Assembly: GCF_037042905.1 (NCBI RefSeq)
Contig: NC_087252.1
Location: 22,570,001-22,634,000, forward strand
Direction: 5' to 3'
DNA from: Lytechinus pictus
Taxonomy: Eukaryota
Length of the DNA: 64,000 nucleotides
Below, in pieces: positions 11,924 through 22,591 of this stretch (positions within the stretch are counted from its first letter, which is position 1; each line of letters begins with the position of its first letter). Below the pieces are notes generated by a model. That model was not told the origin of the DNA, did not search any database, and saw only the letters and a program-made list of their open reading frames with translations. The translations under genes and the position numbers were made by a program.

Positions 11924-14735
11924 CACAGTAAAAATCATTAGGGGTAATTTTGTCGTCAGTCAAAAAGTGATCATAGTTGAAAACCATAACGTAGCTCAGA
12001 TGACCGAAGATCTGACATGGTATGTGATGGTCGTTTACCAAAACAAAAGAAATCACGATCAAAATCAAAACGTCGAAAGAACTAACCAATCAGCGAAATG
12101 GACACATCACACGATACTATCACAGATCCTGATCATTATCAGTCTAAAGGCAGTCTATCCAACTTTGCATAATTTGACATAATACATACCAATGGACCAC
12201 ACACAGTTGTAAATTCAGAAGGCACAGTAGCATTTGCTAACATTTACATATGCCCACAGATCCGGGTAACATAAGCTCTACCCAAGAATTGACTCAAGTG
12301 CAAGTAATAACACTATCATAGTCCGTACGCCAAGGAAATATAAGTTCAAAGTGGGAATCATTAGTGAAACAGTAAAACTTGAAGCTTATGGTGAGATTCC
12401 AATTAAATGTAAAGGTACACTAATTCGACATAAAATGTTACAGTCCAAAATGGTAAACATAGACATTCTATGTACCAGATGTCAAGGTTTCAGCTATCAT
12501 TGGGTTGTTAGGTTGCACTGACCTTGGAATTATCACAATTTACTCAATGTACAATTATGACACACCAACACCTAACCCTAAACCTGAACAAATACTTATC
12601 ACAAGTGATGAGGATCTCAAACAAGCATTTCCAGAGCAGTTCGACGCTATTGGTAGTTTCAAAGGAAAAAACGATGCTTCATGTCAAGGACATCGCTAAA
12701 CCTACCATAGACGCACCACGCAAGTGCAGCACTCCTTGGGTTGTTAGGTTGATCCTTGGGTTGTTAGGTTGCACTGACCTTGGAATTATCACAATTTACT
12801 CAATGTACAATTATGACACACCAACACCTAACCCTAAACCTGAACAAATACTTATCACAAGTGATGAGGATCTCGAACAAGCATTTCCAGAGCAGTTCGA
12901 TGCTATTGGTAGTTTCAAAGGAAAAAACGATGCTTCATGTCAAGGACATCGCTAAACCTACCATAGACGCACCACGCAAGTGCAGCACATTAATTATTGA
13001 AGGACAAGATCAACACGACAAGAATCGGTACTTGTTCATGGAGACGGCAAAGCAAGAAGGCTCAGTGTTCAGCAGCTCCAAGTGCACAATCAAGAGACCT
13101 ATCAACTTCTTTGGCTCCATGTGCACTAGATCAGATATCTACTCAGATCCTAGCCAGGTAGAAGCCAACACATTACCCAAGTACTATTACCCAAGGACGA
13201 AGAGGGTGATGTTCAGAAATGCCTAATATTGTTCAAATACATAGCAGCATATATTCCTAATTTGTGGGAAAAGTCAGCACCACTTCGATAACTTCTCCAC
13301 AAAGAAGTACCGTTCATCTGGGACGATGATCATGAACATTCCTTGAACAGCCTGAAATGTGCAGTATCATCAGGTGCATGCGTACAGTTCTATGACCCAG
13401 AGAGAGAGGCCTGTCGAGATGGATACATCAATGAAAGATCTAGGAGCATGCCTTGCTTCAGGATGGTAACCTGCTGCGGTTGCATCCAAAGTCTTTTCAC
13501 TGCACAGTCCAACTACTCAAACATAGAGGGAAATCTTAGTCCTAATGTTTGGTATCAAACGCTTCCATACATATCTGTTCGGGAAGGAATTCACAGTGAA
13601 ACAATCACAGACCACTGGAAATTATATGGAAAAAACTCTTACAAGTGCACTGCTGCATCTACAGCGATCGCTTATAATCAAAGTCCAAGGAAACAGGTTT
13701 CAAGTCAATTACCGACCTGGAAACAACATGATTCTTTCCGATTCATTGAGTTGACTTTGTAATCCCAAGAAAGCATGTACCGTTAGGTGTCAGAGTTAAA
13801 TCCATCTGCTCTTAGGAAAAAGATTCGCATATGCGATCGACCTATTACTCTTCGGAAAACACAAGACGACAGAACTTCAGAGAGAAACAGCTAATGATCC
13901 AATACCTAGATCATTATGGCAGATAGTTACTAAGAGTTGGCCTGAAACAATCCAAGAGTTATTGAAATCCCTTATGCAGTATTGATCGTAAAGAGATAAC
14001 ATCGGATTATCACACGGAATACTCTTCACGGGAAGTCAAGTCATCGTACCGAAGTCACTGAGGAATGATATCCTTGGACAGCTTCACCTAGGACACATGG
14101 GAATCGAATGTACCAACTGACTTGCTCGTGAGATAGTGTTCTTGTCAAACATCAACGAGTACATCGACCAGTTGATAAAGCAGAGTGAAACATGCCAGAA
14201 ACATCAAGCAAGTCAGCATAAAAAAATAAGTGGAATATCAAGCACATTACTTCTTCTCCACACTATCCAAGATCAAACGGATTAGCTCAGAGGATGGTTC
14301 GTACAGTCAAGAATCTGTTGACAAAATGTTCTCAGACTGGCCAAGACAGTCAACTAGCAATGATGAACCTGAGAGCAACACCAGTCGAAAGTTACTTTAG
14401 ATCACCAGCAGAAATGTTATTTGGTAGACCCATCAGAACCACATTATCAAGTCACTATTTCTCGAGAGATTCTACTGCCACTGATTTTCTCTTGAATAGG
14501 CAAGGCAAGGTGAAGGAAGTGCATTATCGACATGCAAGTTCTGATCTACCACCTCTGCATGTAGGACAGCCAGTGAGAGTTATACATCCAAGATAACACA
14601 CTTGGATACCAGCTAAAGCATCCAAAGTCTGTGAGGAACCCATGTCTTACGAAGTATCAAAGCCAAACGGAGGAATCTTGAGAAGGATCGGATCACACGT
14701 GAGGGAAATTCCATCCACCATCCCCACTCCAAAGC
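11924..14735 (+). pseudogene. Decayed Ty3/Gypsy gag-pol fragment (half zinc knuckle, protease, partial RT, RNase H, integrase); no LTRs seen
   Basis: KNH*G*FCR near 11930; IDSSASNN protease-like near 12290; RNase H FGIKRFHTYLFGKEFTV and YRPGNNMILSDSLS; integrase LHLGHMGI, SPHYPRSNGLAQRMVRTVK, LRATP..SPAEMLFGR; many stops and frameshifts; YxDD region not found. Confidence 0.85.
12497..12988 (+). repeat. Tandem duplication with 256-bp period
   Basis: About 12497-12732 repeated at about 12752-12988, with an extra TCCTTGGGTTGTTAGGTTG copy at the junction. Confidence 0.9.
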
Positions 14736-17163
14736 AGGAATCGAAATTAGCGGTCGCCCGGGTGACGTTGGCAACCAAAACTGCCATCATGGTTGCCCGG
14801 ATGGCAACCAAGAAAATATCATGTTTTTTTCTCAGAGAGAATAACATTCAACATTCAAGAGAATAACATTCTCTTGAATTTTGCAGCAAGCAAAATTGCT
14901 TTTCCAGTCCAAAGTTTACAACTTCTGGATCAGGAATATATCTTTCAAGATCACGTACATTGGCACAAAGTTTTAGCTCAAAAAGATCGCCCAAATGTGG
15001 CACATGAGCCTGCCAATGACTTCTAAGATTGACTGCCTGTTTGTCAAAGTCCTCCCTAAGAACCACAAAGCTTGCATTTTGACATGATATAAGTTAATTG
15101 TTGGAAGTTGTAAAATGCAATTTACAGGAGGCCTTTTCCGTGGTACTGATTCGTCACCACATTTTCTACTTTTGAAAATATTAAATAGATTAATAACACA
15201 GCCATACACATCTCAATGTTCCAAAAATGCCTTCCCCTTCTTTACATTGGTCAACAGAAAGAGGTTTTTGTCATTTTTGGCACTTTAATATATCAGAATT
15301 GTTTGATTTAAATTGTAAAGAATAAAGATAACCCACTCAATTAATTTATCATACTCAGAACACCCTCAAAATATTTGTAAGAGTTCTTTTGTCAGAATCC
15401 AAGATGGCCGTCAAAGTGGCGGCCAAGGGACAATATTAAAGTTTTCAGAACATCAAAATGAATTCATTCAGTATACGACTCCAGGATTGAAAAGGTGAAG
15501 GTTAGAAAAACTTATCAATGTGGTGAAAAGGGGTGGTAAAGATAATGACAATATAGTAATTTAAGTCTGTAAAATGCAGTAAAAAAAATAAATTTCTTAA
15601 TAATTGTATATTAGGAAAGTTTTCTAGAAAGTTTCAAGGTAATTCCTTTATTTTTCTTAGATACATGGTAAATCAAGTATTTTGCAAATTTTCATTTTTG
15701 GGGAAAACAATTTCAAAATGCACTTTTCTTATTAAGATCAGCCGAATTACCTTTTCATCACCTATGAATAATACCAACTTGTAGAAAATTTATTCATATT
15801 TCATATGACACTAATTTTGTGTTCGAAGATAAACCTGATTTAGGAATACGGGTCATAGATTCAAAATACAGATAAAGTGGGGGTAGCTTCGACATATTCC
15901 TTTGAGCTGTGTATTGATGTGTAAGAACTTCACCTTTATTACCTGCAGTGCTAGTGTATCTTATAACTGTTTCCAAGAGACAATATTTAATAAATTTCTT
16001 TATAATGTAACAGAAACACCTTTTTTGTCTTTGCATCCTTCTGAATCAGATACATTTCTATTACCATGCACATTACATACTGGACATTACGGTGTGTTAG
16101 TCATACCTACACAATCGATGCGAGAGGCTGATCCAAGCTATTGTATTATTTGAATGACATCCCATTCATCACTTTGCAATCGTTTTCATGGATGTGACTG
16201 CCACACTTAGGTTGCTTTTTGGCCTCACTTTAGTGCAAAATCGCTCAATACATTCAGCATATTTTCCTTCTATTTGAAGCAAATGAAGATACTTATGGTG
16301 GCATGAAGCCTGCAAATATTCTCGTTGATACATCCTCTTTCATATCGAATGTTGAGATTGTGCATTTATTACTGATATTCATAATAAATCTGATCAATAA
16401 CAGTGCATGTGCAATTTTTTTTAACAAAAACATACAAATTTTGGCCAAAAGTCTTAATTCTTTAAAAAACTATATCAACCGACTTGAAATCGAAGAATAA
16501 AGGGATTGTAGTAAATTCTACCAACAAAATAATATATAATTTTGCATTTTATGAAGGCCTTTTTCCATTTTCTGGGTTGAAAATGTGACAATATACATTA
16601 ATATATCCAAGTCTCCGATATGCAGTAAAAAAAGCTAAATTTCTGAAAATTGAATTTTCAAGTTTGAGACATAATAAGTTTGTGACTAATAATGATATCA
16701 ATTTGGAATTTCGTCCACTTAATAATTGTATATTAGGAAAGTTTTCCAAAAGTTTTCGAGGCGATTCCTTTATTTTCCTTAGATTTATGGTAAATCATGT
16801 ATTTCACAAATTTTCAATTTTTTGGAAAAAATTCTCAAAATTGTACTTTTCTCATTAAAATCTCAGCCGAATTACCATTTCATCACCCATGAATAGTATC
16901 AACTTGTAGAAAATTTATTTATCTTTCATATGACACCAATTTTGTGGCAAATGAATGTTTGTGTCGGAATCTATGTACGAAAATCCAAATCCCATGAATA
17001 TGGCGGCCATTTTGGACGCCATCTTGAATTTGAACCCCATGGGACAATATTTCGTTTTGGGAACATCAAAATTCATTCACTAGACATCTTAAGGATTACA
17101 AAAATTTAGGTTAAAAAAATATATCATTCGGGTGCATGGGAACCCTATCTCTCTCCCCTACTA

Positions 17164-17182
17164 ATTAGACCACGACGCGCCC
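17164..17182 (-). mobile_element. tRNA-derived SINE, 5' head (3 of 3)
   Basis: ATTAGACCACGACGCGCCC is the reverse complement of GGGCGCGTCGTGGTCTAAT; with 10405 onward it rebuilds the A-box TGGTCTAATGG. Confidence 0.7.
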
Positions 17183-17189
17183 AACACAC

Positions 17190-17530
17190 TCATCACATAC
17201 ATCAACATCATCACCATGATTCTTCATACACTTATTCTGTTATAATTCTATATATAGTTGACATCATCACCAACATCATCATCACCACCATTACTAACTC
17301 CATCATCATCATCACCATCATCACAGCTATTACTACCACCACCACCATCATCATCACCATTACTACCTCCATCCTCATCGTCATCACCATTATCATCATC
17401 ACCATCATCATTACTATTACTACCACCACCACCATCATCATCATCATTACTACGACAGCGATCATCATCATCATCAAATCTAAATACTGTACTTTAATCA
17501 TCCTAGATAATCATTCTTCTCCTCATCATT
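17190..17530. repeat. (CAT/CAC)n low-complexity microsatellite
   Basis: Runs of CATCATCACCAC; source of the spurious poly-Met/Val and Ser/Pro ORFs. Confidence 0.9.
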
Positions 17531-18277
17531 AGCAGCACTACCAATGCTCAGCAAATGTGCTTCTTGTAAAGAAAGACAATACAAACTGTACAGGGCTTCA
17601 ATTCTAATGAACTCATCTATTCAGTTGTACAATTTATAAGCACCGAACATTATCAATGTACAAATATTGTTTACAGTCCAAAGCCTTATTGCAAGGAAGA
17701 AAAACACTAAAAAGGTAAGAGATACATGTCAGGGGTGAAGTAGAGGCCGGCATCGAAGCCAACTTTGCCAGCCTTAATCTTGGGACCGAGCCATGTGTTC
17801 ACGTTCTATTGGAGAAAGAAAGATTTCTCCTGTGGCGTTGTGATTCGAAACTCCAGGTCTCAGCTACAAAAACACTGACAAACGTGCACGAATAACGATT
17901 TTGATTAATACTTCCTTGGATCGATTCAGCAAAACCTATAATCAAAGCTGTAGACCGCTCATATTATACTAAAAAAGATAATAAATGAACTACATTACAA
18001 TACATGAAGAATAACGCTGCTCTGTTAAGAAAAATTAAATATAAAAAAACTTTAAAAGAACTTCTACACTTCTGCTATGCTACTATTAGCCTGTATTTTC
18101 TTATAAATACATGTTCATTGTAAAAGCATTTACACATATACATGTATGTACACATTAGCTTTATTAGTCACGATATGCAAGTGGCAGCTAGATTAAGAGA
18201 TGGCCACTGCACTGGTTCAACTGCATTGAAAGGGCAGACAAACCCAAGCAGTAATTGTTTAGTATAAAAGTGATTAA

Positions 18278-18877
18278 AGGTCAAGAAAACCCCAGAAAAA
18301 TGTTGATTTGAATAAATAGGGAAAAATCAAACTAGCATAATGCTGAAAATTTCATCAAAATTGGATGTAAAATAAGAAAGTTATGACATCTTAAATTTTC
18401 GCTTATTTTTTTACAAAACAGTGATATGCACAACTCAGTGACAAGCAAATGAGACGGTCGATGATGTCAGTCACTATTTTGTTTGTTTTAATTTGTTTGA
18501 ATTATACAATATTTAATTTTTTACAGATTTGACAATAAGGACCAACTTGACTGAACCATATAGTATTAAACAATGCTAATTCCACATGTCCAGGGAGGAA
18601 TTAATCATTGTTTCACTTGACAATGAGGAGAAAATTAGAATAATCCATATTTCATGTAAAAAAATACAAAAGATATAGTGAGTGGATGATAACATCAGTC
18701 TCCTCATTTGCATTCCGACCAGGATGTGCAAATAACTATTTTGTGAAATCAAGCGAAACTTTTAAATTTCAGAACTGTCTTATTTTACATTCGATTTTGA
18801 TGAAATTTTCAATGTTATGCTTGTTGGATTTTTCTCTTTTTCTTCCAATCAACTTTTTGTTGGGTTGGACTAGTCCT
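18278..18877. mobile_element. Full 600-bp MITE with TTAA TSD (Kolobok-like)
   Basis: TTAA|AGGTCAAG..GGACTAGTCCT|TTAA; internally palindromic arms. Confidence 0.8.
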
Positions 18878-19588
18878 TTAATGTAGAATTTTTTAAAAGT
18901 CAGACAACACAATTTTGACAATCTTACAAACTATTGAATATTGTCATTTTCTACATAAAATACAATGCACACATTCTGTAGGTTTTCCTGTGTTACAATA
19001 CCATCACAAATAAGTGATTGTTTTGGGTGGTGAGCTGCAATACAACACAAGTATGCATGAGAAAAGGGCTTGTATCAGCACAAGGGATCCAAGGGAATAG
19101 ACCTTGGGGCCCGCCCAGCTGTCCTAAAAAAATCCTCAATTACCAACAGTCCTTCTAACTAAAAGGCTTATTAAATCTCAAAGTGTTGCTTTACAGTACG
19201 GTGCAGCGAACTAAATCAACCATTTGAGAAAAGCAAGAAAGTCAGTTGAGAGTCCCAGTACAGTGCCTAATGCATGTATATATATCAAAAGAGCTTAAAT
19301 GAATGATGCATGCAATGTGTCATTTTCACGTCTAGGGAAGTTTGGAATTCTTAGCATTTCATCTTGCGCTTTGTTTTCAAATATCGATACTTTTGAAAAT
19401 CAAACATCTCAAATCAATAATCAACATCTTGTGAAGCATTAGATTAGTGTATGAAGTTGTATTTGGTTGTCGATTGTTGCTAAACTGTTCGAATGCATTA
19501 ATTGTTCAAGTTGAACACTCAGGCCTACAATGTATGTGCATGTCAAGAGGTTAGGTGTATGGGCTGTAAACCATGAGGTCTGAGGTTC

Positions 19589-19748
19589 TGGGGAGCGTTT
19601 CATCAATGTTTTTGTCTGACAAGTTGTCAGATCTGATAACTTTCCTTAATTTTGATTGGCTGAGAGGCACTGTTACTATGGTAACTGTCGGATAAAACCG
19701 GACTTGTCTGATAAAACGTCCGACAAGTCCTTTCATGAAACGCTCCCC
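19589..19748. mobile_element. Small MITE (PIF/Harbinger-like)
   Basis: GGGGAGCGTTTCATCAA..TTCATGAAACGCTCCCC; second copy near 53327-53475. Confidence 0.65.
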
Positions 19749-19903
19749 AGAACAAAATTACTGAGAACTGCCTATTAACCAGTGAATTCTGTAATTATGT
19801 TATAAGTAGGTGTTATATATAGAGACCCCACTGTTCCCGTGAGCAATGGGTGAACCTGTTGACTGGCATAATTCCATTTGGCTTTGTAGAGCAAGGGGCC
19901 ACC

Positions 19904-20227
19904 AGGTGGGTGTCTCATAAAGCGCTTTGTAAGAGCTCTAAGAATGACTTAACAAAAGATTGGAGATCTAAATCAACACCAATGAAAAGTTGGTGCAAGT
20001 AATTAACCACAAGATCATCAGTCATTCGCAAAGTCGCTTGTAATTTACGAACAGCTTGATGAAACACCCACCTGTTCTTAATGTTACGCACTGGTTTACG
20101 CACGATTGGAACCTGTTCTCAGGCGCTAAATCAGTTACATAGGAATATCATTTAGAACAAGAAATGGTCACCAGTCGTGCGTAAAGTCATTTGTACCTTA
20201 CGAACAGTTTTATGAAACAGGCCCCTG
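19904..20227. mobile_element. Small nested palindromic MITEs (TTTCATAAAGC family)
   Basis: GGTGGGTGTCTCATAAAG..CTTGATGAAACACCCACC, followed by the rest of a related element ending TTTATGAAACAGGCCCC. Confidence 0.55.
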
Positions 20228-21059
20228 GTTCCAGAAGGCAATCCATTAACTTGTTGACTACTGACGTTGATAATTCGTGTAGGCTCTTTAAAACTTCAGC
20301 CTGGCGCCAGATAATTCCAGTAGGCAGTTTGAAGAGGTAAACGTCTTTTAAAACATGAAATAAATGCGAAGTCCCCCCCCCCCCCGCCTCCTCCCCCAAC
20401 ATATACACAACACATGTAGTTCTTCAACATGCCAACAGGGCAGAAATATAACTTTAATAATGATAATAATAATAATTCAATATTTATATAGCGCCTATTA
20501 AAATTTCTCTAAGATGCACCTCATGATCAAATGCTAATTCACAAGTCAAGTGGTCAAATTGATGTTCATATTGGCACATTACTGAAGTTTTTTTTCTTCA
20601 TATTTTTTTAGTAATACATGTAATCCTCCAATGATACAGAAAACGTTCATCAGTTGGGGATGATAACATAAATGTTTCATCTTCTACCAAACTGAACAAT
20701 TATTTGAGGAGAGCTTTCAAATAATTGTTAGGGTAGGTAGAAGTTTGAACATTATTCCATAATCCTCCAATGTTTCACATTCAGATTTGATTATCATATT
20801 TGAACTCAAAACCACAAAACTTGGCAATATGTTGCCAAATTTTTTTTAGTCTTCTCTCTTTTTTTTTCTGTTACTTTTGTTATTGGCAGCATACAAAGAA
20901 GGTCCATAACTGGTTGTCAAAAGACATACAGGTGTAAAAGGAAATTAATTGATACACTTACAATTTATTTTTTAATAAATTCCAGCAGGCTTTGAGCAAG
21001 CACAACTGGCTGAAATAGGCAACGAGTACACTCTAGACATTATTTCCACATGCATGTTA

Positions 21060-22591
21060 TTATTTTTTATGAGTTTTCATATGCCTGTGCCAGTCAGAAT
21101 TTCTGGAAAACGACTTTGAGCACGTCTTACACTCGTATCCCTTCTCAAGATGTGTTTTGAAATGCGAGTGCAGGCCGTTCCGACCAGCAAACCTTGCGCC
21201 GCATTCTTTGCACGCAAACTTCCTCTCCTCGGAATGCAACTTAGCATGGTCTTTCAGCGACTGTTCTGTGTTGAAGCCCTGTTCGCAGAGAGTACATTTG
21301 AACGGTTTGAGGTCCGAGTGGGTTCGCAGGTGCCTCTGCACATCGCTCTTGCGCGTGAATTTCTTCGAACACACCTTGCAACCGTATTTCCTTTCCTCGT
21401 GCGTACGGGAATGTGAATAAAGCCCACCTGATTGGGCGAACCTCTTGCCGCATATTTTACATTCGTACGCTTTCACGTCAGAATGTAGCTTTTGATGGTC
21501 CCGAAGATGTGCGTAATCACCAAACCTTCTCCCGCAAGTGGAACAGGCGTACGGTTGCTCACCGGTGTGGGATCGAATGTGGCGATTGAGATCGCTCTTG
21601 TTAATAAACACTTTTTCACACAAATCACATTTGAAACCTCTGAAACCTCCAGATATGGAGTTTGGTCCCTTTCTTTCCTTCTTTATTTTATTTTCTATGA
21701 AAGGCTCCAAGTCCTCATTAGTGATACTCTGCCGTTTTATGATAGAAGGGTCAATGACAGATTTGTCAACAGCCTTACTGGCTGTGGCACGGGAAATTTT
21801 CGCTCGCGCCGAGTTGCCGTTTTGCGATTTCACCTCAAGGGGTGAAGAAACAGGAACTTTATACTTCGGAGGTCGGCCTCTTTTCTTTGGGTTGACGGGA
21901 TCAGGAGAAGCCTTTTGAGCCACCATTTGTTTTATTTTGACTACCATCTTTGACTTCTTGTGGCCAGGTTGCGCAGAGACAGTTTTGGGAGATTCTTTAG
22001 CCTTATTTTTAGAGCCTTTAGGTCTGCCTCTTCCCCTTTTCATAGGTTTTGAATCATCACATTTTTTGAGTTTCGGGGTCTTTGGGAATTGGGATACACC
22101 ATTACTTTCACCTTTTTCTTTTCCCTCTTCCCCATCAAGCGAGCAATCGTCATCGCTATCAATACCTATAATTTCTGCCCCGTGCTCAACTCTGAAATGA
22201 GATCTGAGAAACAGAGTACCCGTAAATGTTTTACCGCAGAGCTCACACGTCAGTCTCTTTCTCTTTCTTGAGACCTCAGGCAGGACACAACCACCAGCAT
22301 TATTGTTACCACTCTCCCCTAGATTTGAAGGGTTAAGCAGAACAGAATTCGACCCATCGGATTTGTTTTTGGTATCATCTAGGTTAAATTGTGGAGACTG
22401 TGACATGTTACCTATTCTCTTACTATCACCAGCATTATCAGCTGAAGGTCCATGGTCAGATGGCACTTGGCAAGAACTTTGGATATGTTGGGCAGTATCT
22501 GAGTGGTCCTTCGGGCTAGATGATCGCTTCAACTCCTCCTGTAGCACAACGGATGTCAATGTATGGGACTTGTTCTCTGTGGTAATGACAC
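21060..22591 (-). CDS. Zinc-finger gene, last coding exon: 1 isolated finger, 2 AT-hooks, 7 tandem C-terminal fingers
   Basis: CELC..HFRVEH; KRGRGRPKGS and KKRGRPPK; seven CxxC-x12-HxxxH units with TGEQPY-type linkers; stop at 21060. Confidence 0.92.

Larger units (their letters stand above)
10409..17163. mobile_element. Non-autonomous long-TIR DNA element, Academ-like (TAG..CTA, 3-bp TSD, about 1.35-kb TIRs)
   Basis: 10409-about 11755 is the reverse complement of about 15818-17163 (mirror ORFs 10714-10908/16664-16858 and 11072-11269/16303-16500); TSD ATT at 10406-10408 and 17164-17166. Confidence 0.8.

Noticed and set aside
10714..16858. Identical 64-65 aa ORFs on opposite strands suggesting duplicated small genes
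   Set aside because: They follow from the inverted repeats of the 10409-17163 element and show no protein-like features
17232..17501. Met/Val-rich and Ser/Pro-rich ORFs (also 62377-63327)
   Set aside because: Translations of (CAT/CAC)n microsatellites
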